Of a DNA stretch of 64,000 bases, positions 38,240-48,037 are shown piece by piece. Each line of letters begins with the position of its first letter. Position 1 is the first letter of the stretch. The notes under the pieces were generated by a model. It saw nothing but the letters and a program-made list of their open reading frames with translations, searched no databases and was not told where the DNA came from. The DNA is from Candidatus Latescibacterota bacterium (GTDB lineage: Bacteria > Latescibacterota > UBA2968), in NCBI GenBank assembly GCA_965116885.1, contig OZ220741.1, positions 704,001 to 768,000 on the forward strand. Reading direction: 5' to 3'. A program made the translations under genes and the position numbers.

Positions 38240-39403
38240 ATGTCACTAGCAAATCTGGACAGAGATGAACTTCGAAAAAGGATCGTAGAGGCATATAGCG
38301 CCGACGAACCACATCTTCAAAAGTTTCGTGAGTACGCAATACGCCTCCGAAACGGGGTGAAACCACTTCGTACCTATTCCGTCAATGCCGTCTCGTTTGT
38401 CTCCGCCGATGGAGGTGATAACCGTCTCACCTTCAATCCGGCAATTGTTGAACTTATACGTGTGGTAGATTCACGTGGTAATGAGCATGCGCTTGACGCC
38501 ATCTCCAGTACCATTAGTATTGAAGAACTGGAGAAAAGGGCCAAACAGGGATCAAGGCACACAATTACACCCTTGAAGCGATTAGCTCAGGATACAGGCA
38601 AAACGCTCAAACAGATGTCGTATCTTATCCGGGCACTCGGTACCCCTGGCAAAAGCACAGGAGCAATGCGATGCTACCGCGATATTGTGGAATGGGCTGT
38701 TCTATACGACCTTGTCGCTAACCCTAACCTTCAATGGGGAGGCGATACAATCTTGGTGCGAGATGGTCTCCTACGAACCAAATCGTTTTCTCGAGACATG
38801 TTTCCGCTACTTGATCAGAAAATTCGTGCCGGCATTGCCGCTCATGCCAAAAGAAATGTACAACTGTCATTGGTCGGTGTAGCTAAGCAAAGTGCCGTGC
38901 TTGGTCGCCTCGCTGTTGCTCTGGAACTTGAGGCGACATTCCACAAACCTTATCCCTGTTTTGTTCGGGTTGATCGTGATATTGAAGAAGAGTGCTACAA
39001 CTTCGATCGTACTTGGCTCGACACATATGAAACTACCGAAGAGGATGATACTGGCCGAAGACTTTACCAGTCCCTTGGAAAACTCTACCTCGTCAAATTC
39101 GGCGATAGACCAATGGATCCTGTCTGGCCTGTCGATATTGCCGTATGGCAGGTTCACCAAGCAGAACGCATCCTCGGACAACTGACGGTTGATGCTCAGC
39201 AGGGCTTTCCTATTCCGGACTATCCGATGTGCATCCAGCGAGCACACGATTTTGCAAAATTATCGGGACTCGAGATTCAGGATCTTCAGGATATGCTTCT
39301 TCAAGGGATGTGTAACAAACTTACGGCTGAAGAAACCGAACGCCTGCTTCGCCTGAAGTATTTAGGACAGACGCTGGCAAATCTCAGATACAAGGAGGCG
39401 TAA
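38240..39403 (+). CDS. NurA-like 5'-3' nuclease (RNase H-like fold)
   Basis: VSADGG, LVRDGLL, LVGVAKQS and C-terminal YPMCIQRAH, the motif order of NurA; immediately upstream of herA. Confidence 0.8.
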   Translation: MSLANLDRDELRKRIVEAYSADEPHLQKFREYAIRLRNGVKPLRTYSVNAVSFVSADGGDNRLTFNPAIVELIRVVDSRGNEHALDAISSTISIEELEKRAKQGSRHTITPLKRLAQDTGKTLKQMSYLIRALGTPGKSTGAMRCYRDIVEWAVLYDLVANPNLQWGGDTILVRDGLLRTKSFSRDMFPLLDQKIRAGIAAHAKRNVQLSLVGVAKQSAVLGRLAVALELEATFHKPYPCFVRVDRDIEEECYNFDRTWLDTYETTEEDDTGRRLYQSLGKLYLVKFGDRPMDPVWPVDIAVWQVHQAERILGQLTVDAQQGFPIPDYPMCIQRAHDFAKLSGLEIQDLQDMLLQGMCNKLTAEETERLLRLKYLGQTLANLRYKEA

Positions 39404-39404
39404 T

Positions 39405-41453
39405 ATGTTGTTTGCGGACTCGCAAATCATGGGCACATTCAAAGGGTTCAATGAACGCGGCCTGGAGTTTGCAGCCGAAATCGTTGCTCCATACGATGCA
39501 AGCATGCTTGACCGGCCACAACTCGGCCAGTTTCTTCTCGTCGAACTCGGGTCACAAGAGGAAGCATCTCTCGGACGTATAACTCGCTTCGTCCCTTCCG
39601 GATTGTTAGCGACACCGGAAGGAGAAGATTACGTAAACACAATGCAGCGTAGGCAGCAAGAGGTCCCCGAGGATCTGAAGGAGCAACGTCTCAAATATCG
39701 CGTCCAGGTGAAATTGCTCGGAGCAGTCCGCACAACCGATAACGGAATCATATACGTTCCTTCGCAACGCAGACTACCGCATCTCGGTGCTCGTGTCGCC
39801 TTGCCCAGCGCTCAAGTTCTGCAAGAACTCTGCAAACTAAGCCAAGGCGAGACGGAGTTGGGAGTGTACGTATTGGGTGAATTCGTATTCAGCGGTACTG
39901 AACACGACCAAACCCAGCCAGAACTAATATCATTTAATCCACGTCTTCAAGTCACCTTCGACATAAACAATCTCGTTTCCCGACGCTCTGTCGTCTTTGC
40001 ACGTGCAGGCTATGGAAAGTCCAATCTCGTCAAGTTCCTTATTGCGGAGTTGTATCAAAAACAACCGATGACCTCTAACAACCGTCCTGTCGGCACACTA
40101 ATTTTCGACCCTGATGGAGAGTACTTTTGGCCTGACCGTGTAGCGGATCGTCCAGGGTTATGCGATGTGCCAAACTTAAAAGAACGACTCTTAGTGTTCA
40201 CCAACAGACCGGCTCCAAACGCATACTATGGCAGTTGGAAAGCTGGCGAGGTGAAGCTCGACATTCGAGACCTCTCCCCACGTGATGTAATCAGTATCGC
40301 AATTTCTTCTGATCGCCAAACCCAACAAAATGTGCTCAAGCTCAAGAGCGTCTCCGATTCTAACTGGCGTAAACTTGTTGATCTGACCCATCAACAGGGA
40401 CTACAGGCCAGTGATGAGGAAGTCGGTCAACTCCTTGGCTATACCGGGTCACAAATCTCTCAGAACGTAGCAGAAATTGGGGCTGCTCGTAGCAACATGT
40501 CTGGCGTAGTACGTACCCTCCATGACCCGGACAGCCAAGTGCTGTCGGGAACGCTACAAGCTTTGGCGAACGGGAGAATTGTTGTAATTGATATCAGCTT
40601 ATTGAGTTCGAGTGCTGGCAATATGCTCGCCGGACTGCTTCTCCGTAGAATATTCTCGCACAATCAGGAGCACTTCACGGGTGGAGATCCCATCATTCCC
40701 GTTGTTGCCATTGTGGAAGAGGCACAAAGTGTCCTTGGTCGTAATCTGGACGATACCAGTCCCTATGTCGAATGGGTGAAGGAAGGACGCAAGTACGATC
40801 TGGGAGCCATGCTTATCACACAACAACCGGGTGCGATGGCACCCGAACTACTTAGTCAGGCGGACAACTGGTTCTGTTTTCATTTACTCTCGGAAGGTGA
40901 TGCCAGTATTCTCGGAAGGTATAACTCTCATTACTCATCAGATATTCTCGCTCATCTTATCGCAGAACCTATTCCTGGTAACTGCTACATGTGGAGCGCA
41001 CCCCACCAACCCTTTGTTCTTCCCGTTCGCCTACGTGATTTTGGTGAAATCTATAAAGACAATATATGCAAAGATGAACAGGCGCAAGCCATTGAAGGCA
41101 CAGGTGCTAAAGAAGTGATTAAAGCAACTTCGGACGCAATGGCTCGCATTAAAGACAATATGGTGGAGCAATTGAAGGATCGCAGTACCAAGTACTATGT
41201 GGTCCCTAACAGGGTCAATGAGAGGCAAGAGTTACTTGGGATATCTGATGGGCAATTGTACTACCTCATCAAAAATAGCAAAAATCCTGAAGATAGCCGG
41301 ACAGAAAATGAACTAAAACGCCCAATTCTCACACTGTTGCTCGGCGAAGGAAATCTTCATATAGTCGAACATGATAGCAAGCAGTACTATTGCGCGACCC
41401 CTCAGGACTGGGAGCGCGTGATAGGAAGGCAACCGCCGCGCTCATACCTATAA
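39405..41453 (+). CDS. HerA/FtsK-family ATPase (HAS barrel plus helicase/translocase domain)
   Basis: N-terminal beta-barrel, Walker A ARAGYGKS, IFDPDGEY, Walker B IVEEAQ, KEGRKY, ITQQP; GGAGG RBS. Confidence 0.9.
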   Translation: MLFADSQIMGTFKGFNERGLEFAAEIVAPYDASMLDRPQLGQFLLVELGSQEEASLGRITRFVPSGLLATPEGEDYVNTMQRRQQEVPEDLKEQRLKYRVQVKLLGAVRTTDNGIIYVPSQRRLPHLGARVALPSAQVLQELCKLSQGETELGVYVLGEFVFSGTEHDQTQPELISFNPRLQVTFDINNLVSRRSVVFARAGYGKSNLVKFLIAELYQKQPMTSNNRPVGTLIFDPDGEYFWPDRVADRPGLCDVPNLKERLLVFTNRPAPNAYYGSWKAGEVKLDIRDLSPRDVISIAISSDRQTQQNVLKLKSVSDSNWRKLVDLTHQQGLQASDEEVGQLLGYTGSQISQNVAEIGAARSNMSGVVRTLHDPDSQVLSGTLQALANGRIVVIDISLLSSSAGNMLAGLLLRRIFSHNQEHFTGGDPIIPVVAIVEEAQSVLGRNLDDTSPYVEWVKEGRKYDLGAMLITQQPGAMAPELLSQADNWFCFHLLSEGDASILGRYNSHYSSDILAHLIAEPIPGNCYMWSAPHQPFVLPVRLRDFGEIYKDNICKDEQAQAIEGTGAKEVIKATSDAMARIKDNMVEQLKDRSTKYYVVPNRVNERQELLGISDGQLYYLIKNSKNPEDSRTENELKRPILTLLLGEGNLHIVEHDSKQYYCATPQDWERVIGRQPPRSYL

Positions 41454-41660
41454 TATGAGCGTGACGGGCCGGACAAGACAGCGAACTCTACATCAAGTAG
41501 CGCACGGAACGGTAAGCAATTAAAAGCGAAATGACTTAACCGCTGGCTCATATGGATCAAATGCGCCAACCTCGCGTGCGTGTTTGCACTATTCGCCATC
41601 AAAAAAATATAATAATCTACACAGAACAAAAGCCGTTATACGGCAGGAAGCGAGAAAGAG

Positions 41661-42422
41661 ATGCCTGATCAGTCGCACCTGGATGACCGTTATTTTGTGG
41701 ACAATACTGTCTATAATTGCCCTTTTTGCAACCGTCGAAATGTCTCGTATTACATATATGATAAGGTATCTTTTGATTGGACTGAGGACAAACCCTGTCA
41801 TGTTTACTTTGCCCGATGTGGTTCGTGCAGCGGAAAATCAATGCATTTGTCCTTTAGAGACTTGAAACTATATGGTATAGGCGATGGACGTAGTTCTCTA
41901 TTCTTATCTTCTCAGATGTCTTCAGAGTCACTTGATGATCAGTTTTTTTATTCCGTTCCAACATCTTTTTTTGTTTTGGATAAACGCATTCCCCGAATTC
42001 TGCGTGAGCTTCTCATCGAGGCCGAGGGTTCTCTCAAGAGTAACTTTCTAACCGGTGCCTCAGCTTGTGCTCGTAAGATCATCTATGAACTGGGATCGCT
42101 TCAAGAGGTTGATGGTGACAATTACGAAGATCGTATCAAATCACTTAAAGACAAACATCCGGAAGTAGAGCCGACGTATTTTGACACGCTCCTTACAATC
42201 CAACAGGTGACAAGTTCCAAGGTTCATGAGGATTCATACGATGGCTGGAAGTCGCAACATTTACAAATTATCCTTGCATCCCTTCGAGAAATTCTTCACG
42301 AGTTATATGTAGTGCCAGCATTGCGCGATGACAGGAGAAAATCAATTCTGGATTTAAAAAAGGAGTTGATTCCAGAGGATGTTTCAGTATCGGAGAGCAG
42401 CGATGAAGAGACAGGCACCTGA
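41661..42422 (+). CDS. DUF4145 (HEPN-like) protein with N-terminal Zn ribbon
   Basis: CPFC...CGSC, then IP..LRELL.EA..S...N...GASACARKIIYEL...L.DK...S.KVH. Confidence 0.7.
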   Translation: MPDQSHLDDRYFVDNTVYNCPFCNRRNVSYYIYDKVSFDWTEDKPCHVYFARCGSCSGKSMHLSFRDLKLYGIGDGRSSLFLSSQMSSESLDDQFFYSVPTSFFVLDKRIPRILRELLIEAEGSLKSNFLTGASACARKIIYELGSLQEVDGDNYEDRIKSLKDKHPEVEPTYFDTLLTIQQVTSSKVHEDSYDGWKSQHLQIILASLREILHELYVVPALRDDRRKSILDLKKELIPEDVSVSESSDEETGT

Positions 42423-42460
42423 CAAGTGTACCATCAGATGAATTTGTAGATTTTAACGAT

Positions 42461-42751
42461 ATGATTATTCGTTCTGTTCGCCATAGAGGCTTGCGCCATC
42501 TGCTTGAGGATAATAATCCCAGGTTCCTGCGACAAGACTTGGTTGACCGGGTACGCAAAATTTTGACGGCCCTGATCCTCGCCGAACTTATGGACAACTT
42601 TATCGCCAATGCACCACCCGGCTGGCGTATCCATCGGCTCTCAGGTGACCGGCAGAGTGAATGGAGCATTTCGGTATCTGGCAATTGGCGGATTACCTTT
42701 ACACAAGATGGCGAATACATTGACCGCTTGAATTTGGAGGATTATCACTAA
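42461..42751 (+). CDS. higB: HigB-like (RelE/ParE superfamily) toxin
   Basis: IRSVRHRGL, PGWRIHRLSGDR, WSISVSGNWRITF, LEDYH. Confidence 0.92.
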   Translation: MIIRSVRHRGLRHLLEDNNPRFLRQDLVDRVRKILTALILAELMDNFIANAPPGWRIHRLSGDRQSEWSISVSGNWRITFTQDGEYIDRLNLEDYH

Positions 42752-43056
42752 TGGCTGACAACGGCATTGAAATAACCATGACACCTTCGCATCCCGGAGA
42801 TTTCATCCGCACGGAAATTGTCGAGGAACTGGGCTTGAGTGTTACAGAGGCAGCCGAGATTCTGGACGTTCATCGAGCCACTCTTTCCGACCTGTTGAAC
42901 AGCAATACAACCCTATCAGCGGAGATGGCACTGCGTATTGAGAAAGCCTTTGGCATCAGCATGGATACACTGTTGCGAATGCAAGCGTGGTACGACGCCG
43001 CGCAAATGCGGGCGCGTGCTAATGAGATAGAAGTCAAACGCTATCAACCTGCTTGA
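42751..43056 (+). CDS. higA: HigA (VapI) HTH antitoxin
   Basis: PSHPGDFIR, GLSVTEAAEILDV.RATLSDLLN, SAEMALRIEKAFG, LRMQAWYD; overlaps the toxin stop codon. Confidence 0.92.
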   Translation: MADNGIEITMTPSHPGDFIRTEIVEELGLSVTEAAEILDVHRATLSDLLNSNTTLSAEMALRIEKAFGISMDTLLRMQAWYDAAQMRARANEIEVKRYQPA

Positions 43057-43097
43057 AAACAACCGCAGACGAACTTCGATTTTTTGAGAAAAAAACA

Positions 43098-43316
43098 ATG
43101 AAAATATCTTATGATCGGGAAGTGGATGCGCTGTACATTTGCTTCAAAGAAACAACCGTTACAACGAAACATCTCGAAGATGGTATTGCGCTGGATTACG
43201 ATGAGGAAGACCGCCTCGCGGGCATTGAAATTCTCGACGCCCTGAAGCGGCTGGATGATCCAGAGATATTCAAACAGGTCATCATTGAAGACATCGCACT
43301 CGGTGAAATCCGTTAG
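43098..43316 (+). CDS. DUF2283 domain protein
   Basis: MKISYDREVDALYI...DYD....LAGIEILDA. Confidence 0.85.
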   Translation: MKISYDREVDALYICFKETTVTTKHLEDGIALDYDEEDRLAGIEILDALKRLDDPEIFKQVIIEDIALGEIR

Positions 43317-43329
43317 TTATAAATTTGCT

Positions 43330-43959
43330 ATGAATCTTGAGAACAAAATACTTTTAACGCCCGATACTTCTAACTATCCAGCGGCATTACAGCGTTGTTC
43401 CGATAATGGGTGTCTGCCGACGGTCACAGCGCAGGGCAACCTCGATTTACTCGACAGTACATTGCTCGGCTTCTTCTGCTCGGTGCGCTCACCCGGCGAT
43501 ACAATCCTCAAGACCTACGATCTTGCGCGGACACTCCGGGATACAGACGCGACAATCATCGGCGGTTTTCAGTCGCCAATGGAAAAGGAGTGTCTGGATT
43601 TGTTGTTGCGGGGCACGGCACCCGTCGTCGTCTGCCCGGCGCGGGGACTCAATCGCATGCCGAAAAGCTGGCAGAAACCGCTCGCCGAAGGACGCATGCT
43701 AATTCTTTCCTTTTTCAACGGCAACATCCATCGCCCAACCGCAGCCATAGCAACCCGGCGCAACGCGTACATCGCCGCACTCGCCGACCGCATCCTCATC
43801 GCCCATGCAGAACCGGGTGGCAAAACAGAGACCCTGTGCAAGAACGCGCTGGCTCAAAACAAGCCGGTGTTCGTCCTGGACTCACCTGACAATGCCCACC
43901 TCATAGAACTCGGCACCATACCTATCCCGGCTGACAGCCTCGAAAAATTTACCTCTTGA
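43330..43959 (+). CDS. Short DprA/SMF-like Rossmann (SLOG) protein
   Basis: YPAAL, GNLDLL, GFFCS, IIGGFQSPME, RRNAYIAALAD.ILIAHA..GG.T, NKPVF. Confidence 0.75.
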   Translation: MNLENKILLTPDTSNYPAALQRCSDNGCLPTVTAQGNLDLLDSTLLGFFCSVRSPGDTILKTYDLARTLRDTDATIIGGFQSPMEKECLDLLLRGTAPVVVCPARGLNRMPKSWQKPLAEGRMLILSFFNGNIHRPTAAIATRRNAYIAALADRILIAHAEPGGKTETLCKNALAQNKPVFVLDSPDNAHLIELGTIPIPADSLEKFTS

Positions 43960-43991
43960 CCAAAAAGTAATTTTTAAATACCGTCTTTCTA

Positions 43992-45896
43992 ATGAAACTA
44001 ATCTATTTTCTCATTCCCTTACTCTTTTGTGGTTGTCTCGCACCCGATCCAGGGCACCGTGCAAAAACGGGTGAAGCCGCACAATCCAACGCGGCGATCC
44101 ACGAAACGCGCGCACCCGTACAAATCGACCCAAAAATCCTGATCAACCGCACCTTTGGGGAAGCTCCCATCCTCGCCGAAAAAGTAAAAAACGGAGAACT
44201 CCCTGCCGTATCTGAACGCCTGCCTGAAAATCCACTCATCGTCGTCCCCCTGGACACCATCGGACAATACGGCGGCGTCTTGCGACGCGCACTCACAGGC
44301 GACATCATCCAAACAGCGGGAACCAACAAAACACTGAGCGAAAACCTCATGGGATTTTCGCGTCCCCTGCCCGACAGCATCGTACACAACCTCGCGGAGA
44401 GTTTTGAATTTCGCGACGAAGGCCGAACCGCAATTTTCAAAATCCGCAAAGGCATCAAATGGTCAGACGGCGTACCATTTACAGTTGACGACATATTGTT
44501 CTGGTACTACGACATGACCTTTGACGACAACGCCCGCCCCCACAACCAGCCCGTGCCCCCCTCAGTGTGGGTCGTCGATGGCAAACCCATTGACCTCAAA
44601 AAAATCGACGACCACACCCTTGAAGTCTCATCATCCAAACCCCTCGGCCGCGTATTACACGCCCTGTGCTTAGACGTCATAGCACAGCCCAAACACCATC
44701 TGTCACACCTGCACCCCCGCTACAACCCCGAAGCGACATACGAAGAATTTCGAGAACAAGCCACCAATGCCATGGTCATCATGAAACCCGGCATGCCGCG
44801 CCTATCCGCATGGGTCCCCGTCGAATGGATCCGCGGGCAACGCATCGTTTATGCGCGCAACCCCTACTATTGGAAAATCGACACAGCCGGCAATCAATTG
44901 CCATACGCGGACCGCATCGAATTTACCGTCATCCAGGACCCCCAGGTTATCCTGCTCAAATTTGTCAACGGCGAACTCGACCTGTTTGGCCGCTACTCTC
45001 GCATCAACATGTTTCCCACCCTGCGCACGGAAGAAAAAAAGGGCAAATTCAAATTGCGGATCACCGGTCCAGACCGAGGTCCCGCCTATTACCTCAATTG
45101 GGACACCCCAAAACCCGCCCTGCGAGAAGCCTTTCGCAACCGCGACGTACGCATAGCCCTGTCTTATGCGATCAACCGCGAAGAAATCAACCAGATCGTC
45201 TATCACGGCCTCCTCGACCCCGCGGGCTACTCCTTCGCGCCCTCTAACCCGCACTATTCAGAAGCCGCCTATCGCAAATACGCCAAATTCGACCCCGACA
45301 AATCCCACGACCTCCTCGACAAAGCCGGATACCGCGACACAGATGGCGATGGTTGGCGCGAACTCAAAGACGGATCGCGTTTTGAACTCAACATCGATGT
45401 CGTCCCCGGCGTTGGCGTCGATGTTTCCGAACTCGTCTCCGAACACTGGCGCGACATCGGCATCAAAGCCAACCTGAACATTTCCCTGCGCGACATTGTA
45501 TGGCCCCGCCGCCTCAACGGCGAATTTGACATTCACCACTGGGGCCTCGAAGGCCCCGCCGACCCCCTGGGCCGCCTCAATGACTGGGCAATTATGGCAC
45601 CCACCGTCCCCTTCTGGCACCGCAACGCCTCCAAAGAAGGTCCCGCGTGGTTGCACGAAGCCACAACGCGCATTAAAAAAGTATTGACAACCGTAGATCC
45701 CATAGCCGTTCATGAACACATGACAAAAGTGCGCGACCTCCACACCGACAACGTACCCGTCATCGTCGTCGGCTCCGCCTATTCCATCTGGGGAGCCAGC
45801 ACGCGACTCGGCAATGTCCCCATGCAGGGCAGCGCCGCCGACGTACACCGCGGTTGGGGTCGCCCCGTATTTCACGAACAGATATTTATCAAATAG
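43992..45896 (+). CDS. ABC transporter substrate-binding lipoprotein (family 5, peptide/oligosaccharide)
   Basis: Lipoprotein-like signal with Cys, GELPAVSERLPENP, YGG.LR, KWSDGVPFTVDD, RNPYYWK.D..GNQLPY.D. Confidence 0.93.
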   Translation: MKLIYFLIPLLFCGCLAPDPGHRAKTGEAAQSNAAIHETRAPVQIDPKILINRTFGEAPILAEKVKNGELPAVSERLPENPLIVVPLDTIGQYGGVLRRALTGDIIQTAGTNKTLSENLMGFSRPLPDSIVHNLAESFEFRDEGRTAIFKIRKGIKWSDGVPFTVDDILFWYYDMTFDDNARPHNQPVPPSVWVVDGKPIDLKKIDDHTLEVSSSKPLGRVLHALCLDVIAQPKHHLSHLHPRYNPEATYEEFREQATNAMVIMKPGMPRLSAWVPVEWIRGQRIVYARNPYYWKIDTAGNQLPYADRIEFTVIQDPQVILLKFVNGELDLFGRYSRINMFPTLRTEEKKGKFKLRITGPDRGPAYYLNWDTPKPALREAFRNRDVRIALSYAINREEINQIVYHGLLDPAGYSFAPSNPHYSEAAYRKYAKFDPDKSHDLLDKAGYRDTDGDGWRELKDGSRFELNIDVVPGVGVDVSELVSEHWRDIGIKANLNISLRDIVWPRRLNGEFDIHHWGLEGPADPLGRLNDWAIMAPTVPFWHRNASKEGPAWLHEATTRIKKVLTTVDPIAVHEHMTKVRDLHTDNVPVIVVGSAYSIWGASTRLGNVPMQGSAADVHRGWGRPVFHEQIFIK

Positions 45897-45900
45897 CGAT

Positions 45901-46899
45901 ATGACCAACTACATCATCCGCCGTCTATTGCACATGATCCCCACGCTGATCCTGATCTCAATGGTCAGCTTTGTGGTCATACAAGCACCACCGGGCGATA
46001 TGCTCACCTCTCGCCTCGCCGAATTGGCCGAACAGGGCGAACTCGGATCTGAAAGTGCAATGGCGCAAATCGACGCCCTGCGCGAACGCTATGGCCTCAA
46101 CGACCCGATCTATGTGCAATACATCCACTGGATCTGGAAAATCGTCAGCGAAGGCGACTTCGGACAATCCTTCACATACGAAATGGACGTGATGGAACTC
46201 CTGGCCGAACGTCTGGGACTCACACTTACTCTCACACTCTCCACATTGATCTTCACCTGGATCGTCGCCATACCCATTGGCATCTACTCTGCCACCCGAC
46301 AGTATTCGATAGGCGATTACGGCTTTACCTTTCTCGGATTCATCGGTCTGGCCACGCCAAACTTTTTGCTGGCTCTGGTTATTATGTTCATTCAAGTCGC
46401 CGTCTTCGAAGCCGAATCCGTAGGCGGCCTTCTCTCTCCCGAATACATAGGCGCTGCCTGGTCGTGGGCAAAATTTGTCGATCTCCTCAAGCATATATGG
46501 GTCCCCATCATCGTCATCGGCACGGGCAGCACAGCGGGCATCATCCGCATTATGCGCGGCAACCTGCTCGACATACTCGGCCAACAGCACATTCAAACCG
46601 GGCGCGCCAAGGGCCTCAAAGAAGGCAAAGTCATCGTCAAATACGGCGTGCGCATCGCCATCAACCCCCTCGTCAGCCGCCTGGGCCTCGAACTGCCCAG
46701 CCTGCTCTCTGGCGCCGTTGTCACCGGCATCGTACTCGGCCTGCCAACAGCTGGCCCCATTTTTCTCACCGCACTCACATCTCAAGACATGTATCTGGCA
46801 GGTGCATTCCTGCTCCTATCCGCCACCTTCTTGCTCATCGGCAACTTATTAGCCGATATTCTCCTGGCATGGCTCGATCCGAGGATTCGCTATGAGTAG
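45901..46899 (+). CDS. ABC transporter permease (DppB/OppB-like)
   Basis: YIIRRLL, GDFGQS, ATPNF, TGRAKGL EAA loop, DPRIR. Confidence 0.93.
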   Translation: MTNYIIRRLLHMIPTLILISMVSFVVIQAPPGDMLTSRLAELAEQGELGSESAMAQIDALRERYGLNDPIYVQYIHWIWKIVSEGDFGQSFTYEMDVMELLAERLGLTLTLTLSTLIFTWIVAIPIGIYSATRQYSIGDYGFTFLGFIGLATPNFLLALVIMFIQVAVFEAESVGGLLSPEYIGAAWSWAKFVDLLKHIWVPIIVIGTGSTAGIIRIMRGNLLDILGQQHIQTGRAKGLKEGKVIVKYGVRIAINPLVSRLGLELPSLLSGAVVTGIVLGLPTAGPIFLTALTSQDMYLAGAFLLLSATFLLIGNLLADILLAWLDPRIRYE

Positions 46900-48034
46900 T
46901 TTCGTCGAAACACCTCTCGACGAGCGCGTGGAAACCCTCGTTGAAGAAAATACAACCACCGCCACCTATTCACAGCGCCAGCTCATCTGGCGGCGTTTCA
47001 AAAAACACCGCGCCGGAGTCATTGGTGGATGTGTGGTCATCTTTCTCTACATCTGCGTCTTTCTGGGCGAATTTCTTGCCCCACACGACCCGGCGCATCG
47101 TTATTACGACTATGTACACTTGCCCGCCCAGCGCATCCACATATTCTCTCAAGACGGCATCCACTGGCCTTTTGTCTATGGCATCAAAAAATCTTTTGAC
47201 CTGCAAACCGGTATCAAAACCTATACCGAAGACGCCTCTGTGCGCTATCCCGTGTACCCCTTTGCGCGAGGTGCCGAATACACATTCTATGGCCTCTTTA
47301 CCACCGACATCCACATGTTTGGCACCGGCAAAGGCAATCCCCTGTTCCTCCTTGGCACCGACCGCTTTGGGCGCGACATGCTCTCGCGCATCATCGCAGG
47401 AGGCCGCATCTCCCTCACCATTGGCCTGCTCGCCGTATTCATCAGCCTCACCCTCGGCTCTACACTCGGTGTGATCTCTGGCTATTACGGCGGCAATATC
47501 GACAATATCATCCAGCGCATCATCGAACTCATCTTCGCATTTCCATCTATCCCCATCCTCATGGCCCTCAGCGCAATATTGCCCCCCGAATGGCCTTCGC
47601 ATCTGGTCTTCATGGGCATTGTCACCGTACTCGCGCTCGTGGGATGGGGCGGACTCGCCCGTGAAATACGCGGCAAAACTCTGTCCATCCGCGAAGCCGA
47701 CTTTGTACTGGCCGCCCGCGTGGCTGGCGCCAAAGACCACCGCATCATCTTTCGACACCTGCTACCGTCCATGTTCAGCCACATCATCGTCATAGCAACC
47801 CTCGCTATTCCCGGATTTATCCTCGGCGAAAGCACATTGAGTTTTCTGGGCCTGGGCATCAAACCGCCCATGACCTCCTGGGGACTGCTCTTATCCGACG
47901 CCATGAACATTCACTCGCTCAGTCTCTATCCCTGGCTTCTCATACCGGGAGTCTGCATCATCATCGCCGTCCTCGCCTTCAACTTTCTCGGCGATGGCCT
48001 GCGCGATGCAGCCGATCCTTATTCAAGCAGATAA
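46892..48034 (+). CDS. ABC transporter permease (DppC/OppC-like)
   Basis: WRRFKKH, LGTDRFGRDMLSR, FVLAARVAGA, ESTLSFLGLG, GDGLRDAADP. Confidence 0.93.
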   Translation: MSSFVETPLDERVETLVEENTTTATYSQRQLIWRRFKKHRAGVIGGCVVIFLYICVFLGEFLAPHDPAHRYYDYVHLPAQRIHIFSQDGIHWPFVYGIKKSFDLQTGIKTYTEDASVRYPVYPFARGAEYTFYGLFTTDIHMFGTGKGNPLFLLGTDRFGRDMLSRIIAGGRISLTIGLLAVFISLTLGSTLGVISGYYGGNIDNIIQRIIELIFAFPSIPILMALSAILPPEWPSHLVFMGIVTVLALVGWGGLAREIRGKTLSIREADFVLAARVAGAKDHRIIFRHLLPSMFSHIIVIATLAIPGFILGESTLSFLGLGIKPPMTSWGLLLSDAMNIHSLSLYPWLLIPGVCIIIAVLAFNFLGDGLRDAADPYSSR

Positions 48035-48037
48035 AAT

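Noticed and set aside
37051..41453. Canonical Druantia system
   Set aside because: Only a DruA-like gene is present; there is no DruE helicase or DruB/C/D-like ORF, and the partners carry NurA and HerA motifs
41453..41641. Integron attC site before the DUF4145 gene (ACTTAAC at 41534, GTTATAC at 41635; ATATGAGC/GCTCATAT inverted pair)
   Set aside because: Core-like heptamers exist, but the inner L boxes do not pair in the required arrangement and there is no integrase in the window; IntegronFinder would settle it
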